Part shown: positions 1 to 5,083 of the stretch, piece by piece | Position numbering within the stretch: position 1 is the stretch's first letter | How the letters are laid out: each line of letters starts with the position of its first letter | Virus record (IMG/VR): IMGVR_UViG_3300026224_000013 | Location: 1-5,697 of that record | Length of the DNA: 5,697 bases | From: a virus | Taxonomy: Duplodnaviria > Heunggongvirae > Uroviricota > Caudoviricetes | Direction: 5' to 3' (one strand) | Notes under the pieces: model-generated | Databases searched by the model: none | The model's input: only the letters and a program-made list of their open reading frames with translations | What the model was told of the DNA's origin: nothing | Program-made: the position numbers and the translations under genes

Positions 1-171
1 TCTGAGACAACATCTGGCAAGGCTGGGACGGAAGTCACTGTCGTTCTCAAAATCGGTGGAGCTGCATGACAAAGTCATCGGGCATTATCTGAACATAAAA
101 CACTATCAATAAGTTGGAGTCATTACCCTGTTATTGATGATGATATTGACAATAAGATTTATGCCTATGCT

Positions 172-897
172 ATGAATAACGCGATATCGTTTTCAAAAGT
201 TATTAATAACGATATAAAGAATGATAAGCCAGTTGTACTTACCTCTCTTGCTGAGGTTCAGAATGATTTGTGGGCCTATTGTATTAAAGTCCAAAAGGGG
301 GCTGACGTCACTTATTCTTTCCGAAAAATCAGCAGGGGGAAAGTCACAACAAATGAACCACAAAATATGACTCAGCGCGTATTCGCTTTGTTTGATAAAA
401 CAGATAAAGAGTTAAGATCATTTGATGGCAGCGCAGTCAATTTTGATGACAAAATCGATTGTATTTATATAAAAGATCAATTTTATGTATTTCATAAGAA
501 AAGTTTTGAGGCTATTGTAGGCTTGGAGGTTGAGTTTACAGAAGCTGCACAAAAAACATTAAATACAATTAAAGAACTTGATCTTATTGAAGGTTTAGAT
601 GTTATTGAACAAGCTATTCTTCATAAGCCATCACTGAGAAAAATTCTCACTCATATCGCTGAGAAAGGTAACCATACGGCTCTGGAAAAGAATGATGTTC
701 AAGCTATGAATGATGTGTTAAAAATGTTTCAGAACGAAGAGTTTAAGACCAATGAGCATGGTAAATTAGTCATAGAAGATGAGAGGCAAGGAAGAAACTT
801 TCTCAAACTGTTAAATGATTATTATAAACAAGGCATGACTACAAAAAAATACTATGGTACGGATAGCGGAAATGTGATTAACCCTATTAAGGCGTAA
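172..897 (+). CDS. Hypothetical protein, 241 aa, AT-rich orphan ORF (candidate moron/accessory gene; function unknown)
   Basis: Uninterrupted ATG-initiated ORF of 726 nt. Composition is strikingly AT-rich (about 28-30% GC by eye) against roughly 50% GC in the phage genes downstream. Product is Lys/Asn/Asp/Glu-rich with no transmembrane segment and no catalytic motif I can recognise (no Walker A, no HxH/HExxH). No obvious Shine-Dalgarno sequence. Confidence 0.65.
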   Translation: MNNAISFSKVINNDIKNDKPVVLTSLAEVQNDLWAYCIKVQKGADVTYSFRKISRGKVTTNEPQNMTQRVFALFDKTDKELRSFDGSAVNFDDKIDCIYIKDQFYVFHKKSFEAIVGLEVEFTEAAQKTLNTIKELDLIEGLDVIEQAILHKPSLRKILTHIAEKGNHTALEKNDVQAMNDVLKMFQNEEFKTNEHGKLVIEDERQGRNFLKLLNDYYKQGMTTKKYYGTDSGNVINPIKA

Positions 898-1096
898 AGC
901 ATATACTATATCTGGAACTGAAATACCAGCCGCCATCAGAAAGAACTGATGGGGCTTACAAATAGTAAGTAAATATAAAATGTTAAGGTATTTTTCATGC
1001 AAAAATGAAAATCATTGGCACAAATTAGAAACTAAGTAAATTGCTAATACTAATAACTTATTATTCTACTTACTATTTGCATGGAGTTGTTGTGAA

Positions 1097-1130
1097 TTGC
1101 TGGAAAGGTGGGTAATGTTTTTGTAGAATC
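1097..1130 (+). promoter_or_regulatory. Candidate promoter of the hok/mok mRNA
   Basis: TGTAGAAT (TG plus TAGAAT -10 at 1124-1129) with a weak -35 (TGGAAA, 1101-1106). The predicted start region just downstream, GGCGGGTGCTTGAGGCTATCTGCCTC, resembles the 5' leader of plasmid R1 hok mRNA as I recall it. Confidence 0.4.
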
Positions 1131-1182
1131 ACGGCGGGTGCTTGAGGCTATCTGCCTCGGGCACGAACACCAAAGGCAGATA

Positions 1183-1256
1183 GAGAAAAGCCCCAGTTAA
1201 CATTACGCGTCCGGCAAGACGCTTAACATTAATCTGAGGCCAATTTCATGCTTTGC
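1183..1256 (-). ncRNA. sok: Candidate Sok-type antisense RNA (antitoxin of the hok module)
   Basis: Minus-strand promoter-like elements: -35 TTGCCT (complement of 1286-1291), 17-nt spacer, -10 TAACCT (complement of 1263-1268), placed antisense over the mok start and leader as in hok/sok of R1. The minus-strand transcript can form a stem (GGCCUCAG/CUGGGGC with one G-U) ending in a U-rich tract (cttttctct). Exact ends are approximate. Confidence 0.45.
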
Positions 1257-1460
1257 ACATGTAGGTTAGCCTCTTACGTGCCGAAAGGCAAGGAGAAGCA
1301 GGCTATGAAGCAGCAAAAGGCGATGTTAATCGCCCTGATCGTCATCTGTTTAACCGTCATTGTGACGGCACTGGTAACGAGGAAAGACCTCTGCGAGGTA
1401 CGAATCCGAACCGGGCAGACGGAGGTCGCTGTCTTCGTAGACTACGAATCTAGAGAGTAA
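1248..1460 (+). CDS. mok: Mok-like in-frame leader/regulatory ORF overlapping hok (70 aa)
   Basis: ATG at 1248 is in frame with hok and adds 19 N-terminal residues (MLCTCRLASYVPKGKEKQA). This resembles the in-frame MokC extension of chromosomal HokC as I recall it. Translation of this frame is inferred by analogy only. Confidence 0.45.
   Translation: MLCTCRLASYVPKGKEKQAMKQQKAMLIALIVICLTVIVTALVTRKDLCEVRIRTGQTEVAVFVDYESRE
1305..1460 (+). CDS. hok: Hok/Gef-family type I toxin (51 aa small membrane toxin)
   Basis: Translation MKQQKAMLIALIVICLTVIVTALVTRKDLCEVRIRTGQTEVAVFVDYESRE carries the hallmark Hok/Gef/RelF pattern: N-terminal TM helix, TRKxLCE motif, periplasmic tail ending YES. AGGAG-like RBS (aaggagaag) lies 8-16 nt upstream of the ATG. 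Confidence 0.88.
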   Translation: MKQQKAMLIALIVICLTVIVTALVTRKDLCEVRIRTGQTEVAVFVDYESRE

Positions 1461-1469
1461 GAGTGACCA

Positions 1470-1491
1470 GGCGGGAGAGTAATCTCCCGCC
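1470..1491 (+). promoter_or_regulatory. Perfect 9-bp stem-loop in the hok mRNA 3' UTR (candidate fold-back/processing element)
   Basis: GGCGGGAGA-gtaa-TCTCCCGCC is a perfect 9-bp stem with a GNRA-type tetraloop (GUAA), immediately after the hok stop. Hok mRNAs are known to carry 3' structural elements (fbi) that pair with the 5' end. Confidence 0.5.
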
Positions 1492-1530
1492 ACCTCTGAT
1501 GTGTCAGGCATCCTCAATGCACCCACACTT

Positions 1531-1562
1531 AACCCGCTTCGGCGGGTTTTTGTTTTTATTTT
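1531..1562 (+). terminator. Rho-independent terminator of the hok transcript
   Basis: AACCCGC-ttcg-GCGGGTT (7-bp stem, UUCG tetraloop) followed by TTTTGTTTTTATTTT. Confidence 0.75.
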
Positions 1563-1570
1563 CAACGCGT

Positions 1571-1600
1571 TTGAAGTTTTGGATAGTGCCGGAATAGAAT
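1571..1600 (+). promoter_or_regulatory. Candidate sigma70 promoter upstream of the small ORF/DUF1367/YbcO/Q-like gene block
   Basis: -35 TTGAAG (1571-1576), 18-nt spacer, -10 TAGAAT (1595-1600). Sequence-only prediction. Confidence 0.3.
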
Positions 1601-1682
1601 CAAAAATACTTAAGTAGCGCGCAGGGAGAAGAGGGATGGACCCCGAACAGGGGAGTGCTATTTATCTGGAAGGATTCTGAAG

Positions 1683-1856
1683 ATGAAAATCGAAGAATTG
1701 CGTGAAATTTTTAGTGAAGATGGCCTCTATGCTGTGCGCGTTGAGAATGGAGAAGTTATCTACACAACGTTAATTCCTGATGATCATGTGATTTTATCTA
1801 TCGAGGCATTCATTGAATACCTTGAAAGGCTCGGTTTCAAGGTGGTTCGCGAATGA
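1683..1856 (+). CDS. Small hypothetical protein (57 aa), acidic, not in the supplied ORF track
   Basis: ATG at 1683 with GGAAGGA upstream and stop at 1854-1856. Translation is MKIEELREIFSEDGLYAVRVENGEVIYTTLIPDDHVILSIEAFIEYLERLGFKVVRE. GC content and codon use match the downstream phage genes. No family assigned. Confidence 0.45.
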   Translation: MKIEELREIFSEDGLYAVRVENGEVIYTTLIPDDHVILSIEAFIEYLERLGFKVVRE

Positions 1857-1915
1857 GTTATAATTCGTAAGCCAGCCTGAACAACTGGCAACCTACAGCG
1901 CCATTGGAGACAGCA

Positions 1916-2515
1916 ATGGCGCATATACAACTGGTCAAACAAACCTCTTCCGGATTACTTCTCCCGGCGACGCCGGAGAGTTGTGATTTTCTGCATCAAA
2001 TCAAAATAGGCGAGTGGATACACGCTGATTTTAAGCGCGTTCGTAACTACGCATTCCATAAGCGTTTTTTCAAACTTCTGCAACTCGGATTCGATTACTG
2101 GACTCCGGTCGGTGGGGCGATCACACCTCGCGAACGAGAACTGCTGTCTGGTTTCGTGGATTACCTGTGCGAATCAGTTGGTCGGGAACACACACCAGCC
2201 CTGAGTGATGCCGCAGAGCAATATCTAAATACAGTTGCGATACGCAGAACCCGGGATACGGCATTGCTAAAGTCGTTTGAGGCTTTCCGCGAGTGGGTAA
2301 CCATTCAGGCCGGATTTTACACCGAGCATCTTTATCCTGATGGTAGCCGTGGGCGTCGGGCGAAATCTATCGCGTTTGCGAATATGGACGAAACCGTGTT
2401 TCAGCAGGTTTATAAATCTGTACTGAATGTGCTGTGGAACTGGATTCTGTTCCGTAAATTTTCCTCTCCGGAACAAGTCGAAAATGTGGCCGCGCAGCTG
2501 CTGGAGTTTGCGTAA
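1916..2515 (+). CDS. Lambdoid nin-region protein, DUF1367-like (199 aa from ATG 1916; the track ORF begins at TTG 1904)
   Basis: Long ORF with GGAGA RBS 5 nt upstream of ATG 1916. Its stop TAA (2513-2515) overlaps the ATG of the next gene. Family assignment is from memory of prophage genes that precede YbcO-like and Q genes, so it is tentative; the coding call itself is firmer. Confidence 0.7.
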   Translation: MAHIQLVKQTSSGLLLPATPESCDFLHQIKIGEWIHADFKRVRNYAFHKRFFKLLQLGFDYWTPVGGAITPRERELLSGFVDYLCESVGREHTPALSDAAEQYLNTVAIRRTRDTALLKSFEAFREWVTIQAGFYTEHLYPDGSRGRRAKSIAFANMDETVFQQVYKSVLNVLWNWILFRKFSSPEQVENVAAQLLEFA

Positions 2516-2805
2516 TGGTGGACTTACGTAAAGCGACGCGGGGGCAGATGTGCACCGTCAGAATTCCTGGCTACTGCAATCACGATCCGGAAACGTCTGT
2601 GCTGGCGCATTACCGACTGGCGGGAACGTGCGGAACAGCGATAAAGCCACACGATATGCAGGCAGCGATTGCCTGTAGCTCGTGCCACGATTTAATCGAC
2701 GGGCGGGTAAAAACCAGCGATTACACCAAAGAAGAATTACGCCTGATGCATGCAGAAGGTGTTTTTCGCACACAAGAAATCTGGAGAAAGGAGGGATATT
2801 TATGA
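2515..2805 (+). CDS. YbcO-like (DUF1364) Cys-rich putative nuclease of lambdoid prophages (96 aa)
   Basis: Translation MVDLRKATRGQMCTVRIPGYCNHDPETSVLAHYRL...IACSSCHDLIDGR has the size and conserved Cys/His spacing I associate with E. coli DLP12 YbcO. Start overlaps the upstream stop (TAATG) and the stop overlaps the downstream start (ATGA). Confidence 0.75.
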   Translation: MVDLRKATRGQMCTVRIPGYCNHDPETSVLAHYRLAGTCGTAIKPHDMQAAIACSSCHDLIDGRVKTSDYTKEELRLMHAEGVFRTQEIWRKEGYL

Positions 2806-3338
2806 TTTACCCAACGAATACAGGAAAAAGCGGAGAACACCTTCGTCTCACCACGCTGGAAAGTGTCTGGATTCAGGGAAAACTACGTATGTGGGGGCGC
2901 TGGTCGTATATTGGCGGCGGCAGGTCAGGGAATATGTTTAACCAGTTGCTGGCATCCCAAAAAATGACAAAAACAGCCATCAATGAAGCCCTGCGCAGAT
3001 TGAAAAAAGCGGGAATTGATAAACCAGAGTTGGAAGCATTTTTGCGTGAGATGATCGAAGGAAAGCAAAAAAGCTGGTTAACTCACTGCACTGATGCAGA
3101 GGCACTAAAAATTGATAGTGTTATAGGTGAAGTTCTGGCGGATCATCCAGGACTACTAAATGTCCTGAGTCAGCGTTATGTGGGGCGAGGGATGAGTAAG
3201 AGAAGGATGGCAGAGTTATTAAACGAACAGTACCCAGAGTGGGCGTTGATTACATGCCGACGTCGTGTTGAGCAGTGGTTGCGTGTTGCTGAGTTCATTT
3301 TGTATTCACCTATGAGAGAAGCGTTCGATTATGCTTAA
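2802..3338 (+). CDS. Putative late-gene antiterminator, Q-like (178 aa from ATG 2802)
   Basis: ATG 2802 has a strong AGGAGGG RBS and overlaps the YbcO-like stop. The gene is the last before a promoter/terminator pair, the tRNAs and the lysis genes, which is where Q sits in lambdoid phages. Family identity is inferred mainly from position and size, not a recognised motif. The longer track ORF from 2682 is rejected as a 5' extension. Confidence 0.55.
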   Translation: MIYPTNTGKSGEHLRLTTLESVWIQGKLRMWGRWSYIGGGRSGNMFNQLLASQKMTKTAINEALRRLKKAGIDKPELEAFLREMIEGKQKSWLTHCTDAEALKIDSVIGEVLADHPGLLNVLSQRYVGRGMSKRRMAELLNEQYPEWALITCRRRVEQWLRVAEFILYSPMREAFDYA

Positions 3339-3345
3339 AAAATCA

Positions 3346-3374
3346 TTGCAAAATGAGCCACAAACTGCTTCAAT
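3346..3374 (+). promoter_or_regulatory. Candidate late promoter (pR'-like) immediately downstream of the Q-like gene
   Basis: -35 TTGCAA (3346-3351), 17-nt spacer, -10 TTCAAT (3369-3374), about 60 nt upstream of a strong intrinsic terminator. This matches the pR'-to-tR' short-transcript layout of lambdoid phages. Weak consensus match. Confidence 0.25.
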
Positions 3375-3434
3375 TTTGGTACGCTTCGCAAAGCTGTATC
3401 GCGAGGCGAATCAAGCGCAATTGAACTTTAATAG

Positions 3435-3462
3435 AACCCGCCATCGAGCGGGTTTTGTTGTT
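3435..3462 (+). terminator. Rho-independent terminator (candidate tR')
   Basis: AACCCGC-catcga-GCGGGTT (7-bp stem) followed by TTGTTGTTTCTG U-rich tract. Confidence 0.55.
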
Positions 3463-3595
3463 TCTGCGGTGTTATATAAGAAACGACATTTAATAATCTC
3501 CTTCAAAATAAATTTGTTTATATATTGTCATGTATATTTTAAGTGAAAGTGAAATATTCACATAAAATAAAAACATATAAATAAATTTACATAAC

Positions 3596-3624
3596 TTGAC
3601 GCAAAGTGTTGTTGCGATTGGAAT
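3596..3624 (+). promoter_or_regulatory. Candidate promoter with AT-rich UP-like region upstream of the tRNA genes (alternative pR' candidate)
   Basis: -35 TTGACG (3596-3601), 17-nt spacer, -10 TGGAAT (3619-3624), preceded by about 130 bp of extremely AT-rich DNA (3470-3595) and about 75 nt upstream of the first tRNA. Confidence 0.3.
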
Positions 3625-3702
3625 ATTAAATCGTATCATCGAAAACGGTTCTGAGGGGGAACTCTTCTTTGCTCGGTGATATCGCTCCCCTGAAGAACCA
3701 AT

Positions 3703-3778
<76 letters not shown>

Positions 3779-3781
3779 TAT

Positions 3782-3856
<75 letters not shown>

Positions 3857-4156
3857 GAGAAACAAGCCTTATTGTATTGCGGCACTGGCGTATTTTTTAT
3901 TACGTGGGAGCAGGTTGTATTGAAAAAGCATTCTGTTCTCTGGCTATGATTTGAGGCCGGGTGTAGCCTCAGTGCTGATTTTTTACGGCAGCAGAATGGT
4001 GCATTATCGGTGGAGATTTTGTATTTCCTGGCAGGGTCGGTGATGCATCATTCTGGTGTTGTAAAAGCACCACAGAGGCGTTCCTCAGTGCGAGGGTGGT
4101 TTAAAGAGTCGGTTTAGCGGGAAACCACAGTATCCATACAGAACGGAATACTTCGG

Positions 4157-4182
4157 GAGGCACCCGACGCCTCGATTTTATT
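4157..4182 (+). terminator. Terminator-like hairpin with U-tract inside the non-coding block
   Basis: GAGGC-acccgac-GCCTC (5-bp stem) followed by GATTTTATT. Confidence 0.4.
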
Positions 4183-4212
4183 ACAATTAAAAATTCATCC
4201 CTTGCATTGACC

Positions 4213-4241
4213 AACCGCCTCCACCAGGCGGTTTTTTTTAT
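4213..4241 (+). terminator. Strong rho-independent terminator inside the non-coding block
   Basis: AACCGCCT-ccacc-AGGCGGTT (8-bp GC-rich stem) followed by TTTTTTATT. Confidence 0.7.
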
Positions 4242-4421
4242 TCTGAATTCAGTTTCTTCATGGCTCGCTACGGCGGGCCTTTTTCATATCCGCGCCACGC
4301 CCGGCGCACATCAAAAACCACAGAGCCTTTCAGGGGTGAGCTTACGGGATGGTCAGTGTGACTTTCTCTGTGGGCTGGTCACCCCCGGGCGGAGGCTCAC
4401 CCACTAAAAGGAAAAGTCACG

Positions 4422-4847
4422 ATGTTTGGTATTTTCAAAAAGAAAACCCGCAAGGCCATTACCGAAGTGAAGAAGATGGAGAACCGCGACGCAGTGGAGG
4501 CGACCGTCTGGGGTGCGTATTCCATTGCATACGCTGACGGCACCTGCGACGCGAAAGAAATCGCAGTACTGGAGAAAACCATTGCAGCACTTCCTGCCTT
4601 TGCACCGTTCTCCGGCGAGATTGCACAAATGAGTGCAAATATCCGCGCCCGTTATGAAGCGTCGCCGCGCTCTGCTAATGCTGAAGCCCTTCGCCAGCTG
4701 GCTGATGTTGCCGGTACTGATGACGCAGTTAATGTGCTGTGCCTGTGTCTGGATATCGCTGACCAGGATGGCATTGGTCCGGATGAAGAAGCACAGCTCA
4801 AGAAAATTGCTCAGGCGCTTCAGCTACCGCTGGAGCAGTACCTGTGA
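4422..4847 (+). CDS. TerB-like (tellurite-resistance TerB domain-like) protein, 141 aa
   Basis: ATG 4422 with AAAGGAAAAG upstream. Soluble, acidic, mostly helical-looking sequence with paired Asp-rich segments (AYADGTCDAKEIAVLEKTIAA... and ...LCLCLDIADQDGIGPDEEAQLKKIAQAL) as in TerB-fold proteins. The family call is from pattern memory, not a search. Confidence 0.65.
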   Translation: MFGIFKKKTRKAITEVKKMENRDAVEATVWGAYSIAYADGTCDAKEIAVLEKTIAALPAFAPFSGEIAQMSANIRARYEASPRSANAEALRQLADVAGTDDAVNVLCLCLDIADQDGIGPDEEAQLKKIAQALQLPLEQYL

Positions 4848-4996
4848 AAAGTGCGCGTCTTGTACTGGCTGCCATCCTGCTGTTTCTGGTAGTGGCGGTG
4901 GATTTCACCGGACGCCTGATGTCAGTGCTTGCCGATGGCGTGCTGGTGGCGATGGCGCTGGTCGTGCTCCGGCCTTTACTGCGTAAATCTGAATAA
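4844..4996 (+). CDS. Putative small membrane protein (50 aa, GTG start overlapping the upstream stop), not in the ORF track
   Basis: GTG 4844-4846 overlaps the TGA 4845-4847 of the TerB-like gene (GTGA). Translation VKSARLVLAAILLFLVVAVDFTGRLMSVLADGVLVAMALVVLRPLLRKSE has two hydrophobic stretches and a basic C-terminus. An internal ATG (about 4907-4909, same frame) would give only 29 aa. Confidence 0.35.
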   Translation: MKSARLVLAAILLFLVVAVDFTGRLMSVLADGVLVAMALVVLRPLLRKSE

Positions 4997-5043
4997 CACC
5001 ACACAAAAGGCATCTGCGGGTGCCTTTGATGGGGTGTTTTTAT

Positions 5044-5069
5044 GGGCCGTTGGTGGCCCTTTTTTATTT
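5044..5069 (+). terminator. Hairpin with U-tract upstream of the holin gene (terminator-like or regulatory)
   Basis: GGGCC-gttggt-GGCCC followed by TTTTTTTATTT. A weaker hairpin AAAGGCA-tctgcggg-TGCCTTT (5006-5027) lies just before it. Confidence 0.4.
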
Positions 5070-5083
5070 ACAGGAGAAAAAGT

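Noticed and set aside
1-69. Possible 3' end of an upstream gene (frame 1 open from the window edge to TGA at 67-69; ...[22 protein letters not shown])
   Set aside because: Only 22 codons are visible, with no start, no RBS and no recognisable motif. An open stretch this short is not statistically distinguishable from chance, so it is not reported as a feature.
811-1002. Minus-strand 63-aa ORF overlapping the 3' end of the AT-rich gene
   Set aside because: It lies antisense to a better-supported ORF in AT-rich DNA where spurious ORFs are common. It has no RBS and a low-complexity product.
1350-1565. Minus-strand 71-aa ORF antisense to hok and its terminator
   Set aside because: It overlaps the clearly recognisable hok CDS and its 3' hairpins and is a shadow ORF. 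The real antisense element expected here is the short Sok RNA further upstream, not a protein.
2682-2801. 5' extension of the Q-like ORF (track start at 2682)
   Set aside because: The extension overlaps most of the YbcO-like gene in another frame. ATG 2802 has a strong AGGAGGG RBS and the ATGA stop-start overlap typical of coupling.
2267-2941. Track ORFs 2267-2476(-), 2367-2555(-), 2558-2773(-) and 2750-2941(+)
   Set aside because: All lie inside or antisense to the DUF1367-like, YbcO-like and Q-like genes, which form a tightly coupled same-strand operon. Their products are Arg/Pro-rich and low-complexity with no RBS, so they are treated as shadow ORFs.
3331-3546. 71-aa ORF starting at the Q-like stop and running through the terminator into the AT-rich tract
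   Set aside because: It spans a promoter-like element and a strong intrinsic terminator hairpin, and its product is low-complexity. It is more likely non-coding regulatory DNA.
3857-4421. Toxin cargo (for example Shiga toxin genes) in the Q-to-lysis interval
   Set aside because: No ORF of adequate length or composition exists in this interval on either strand. Only structured non-coding DNA is present.
4207-4628. Track ORFs 4207-4407(+), 4349-4537(+), 4397-4582(-) and 4404-4628(-)
   Set aside because: The first starts inside a terminator hairpin. The others overlap the well-supported TerB-like CDS in alternative or antisense frames. None has an RBS.
5042-5083. Longer holin start at 5042 (track ORF 5042-5449)
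   Set aside because: The extension (MGRWWPFFIYRRKS) lies inside the upstream hairpin and U-tract and has no RBS, whereas ATG 5084 has AGGAG at optimal spacing. A dual-start holin/antiholin is conceivable but unsupported.
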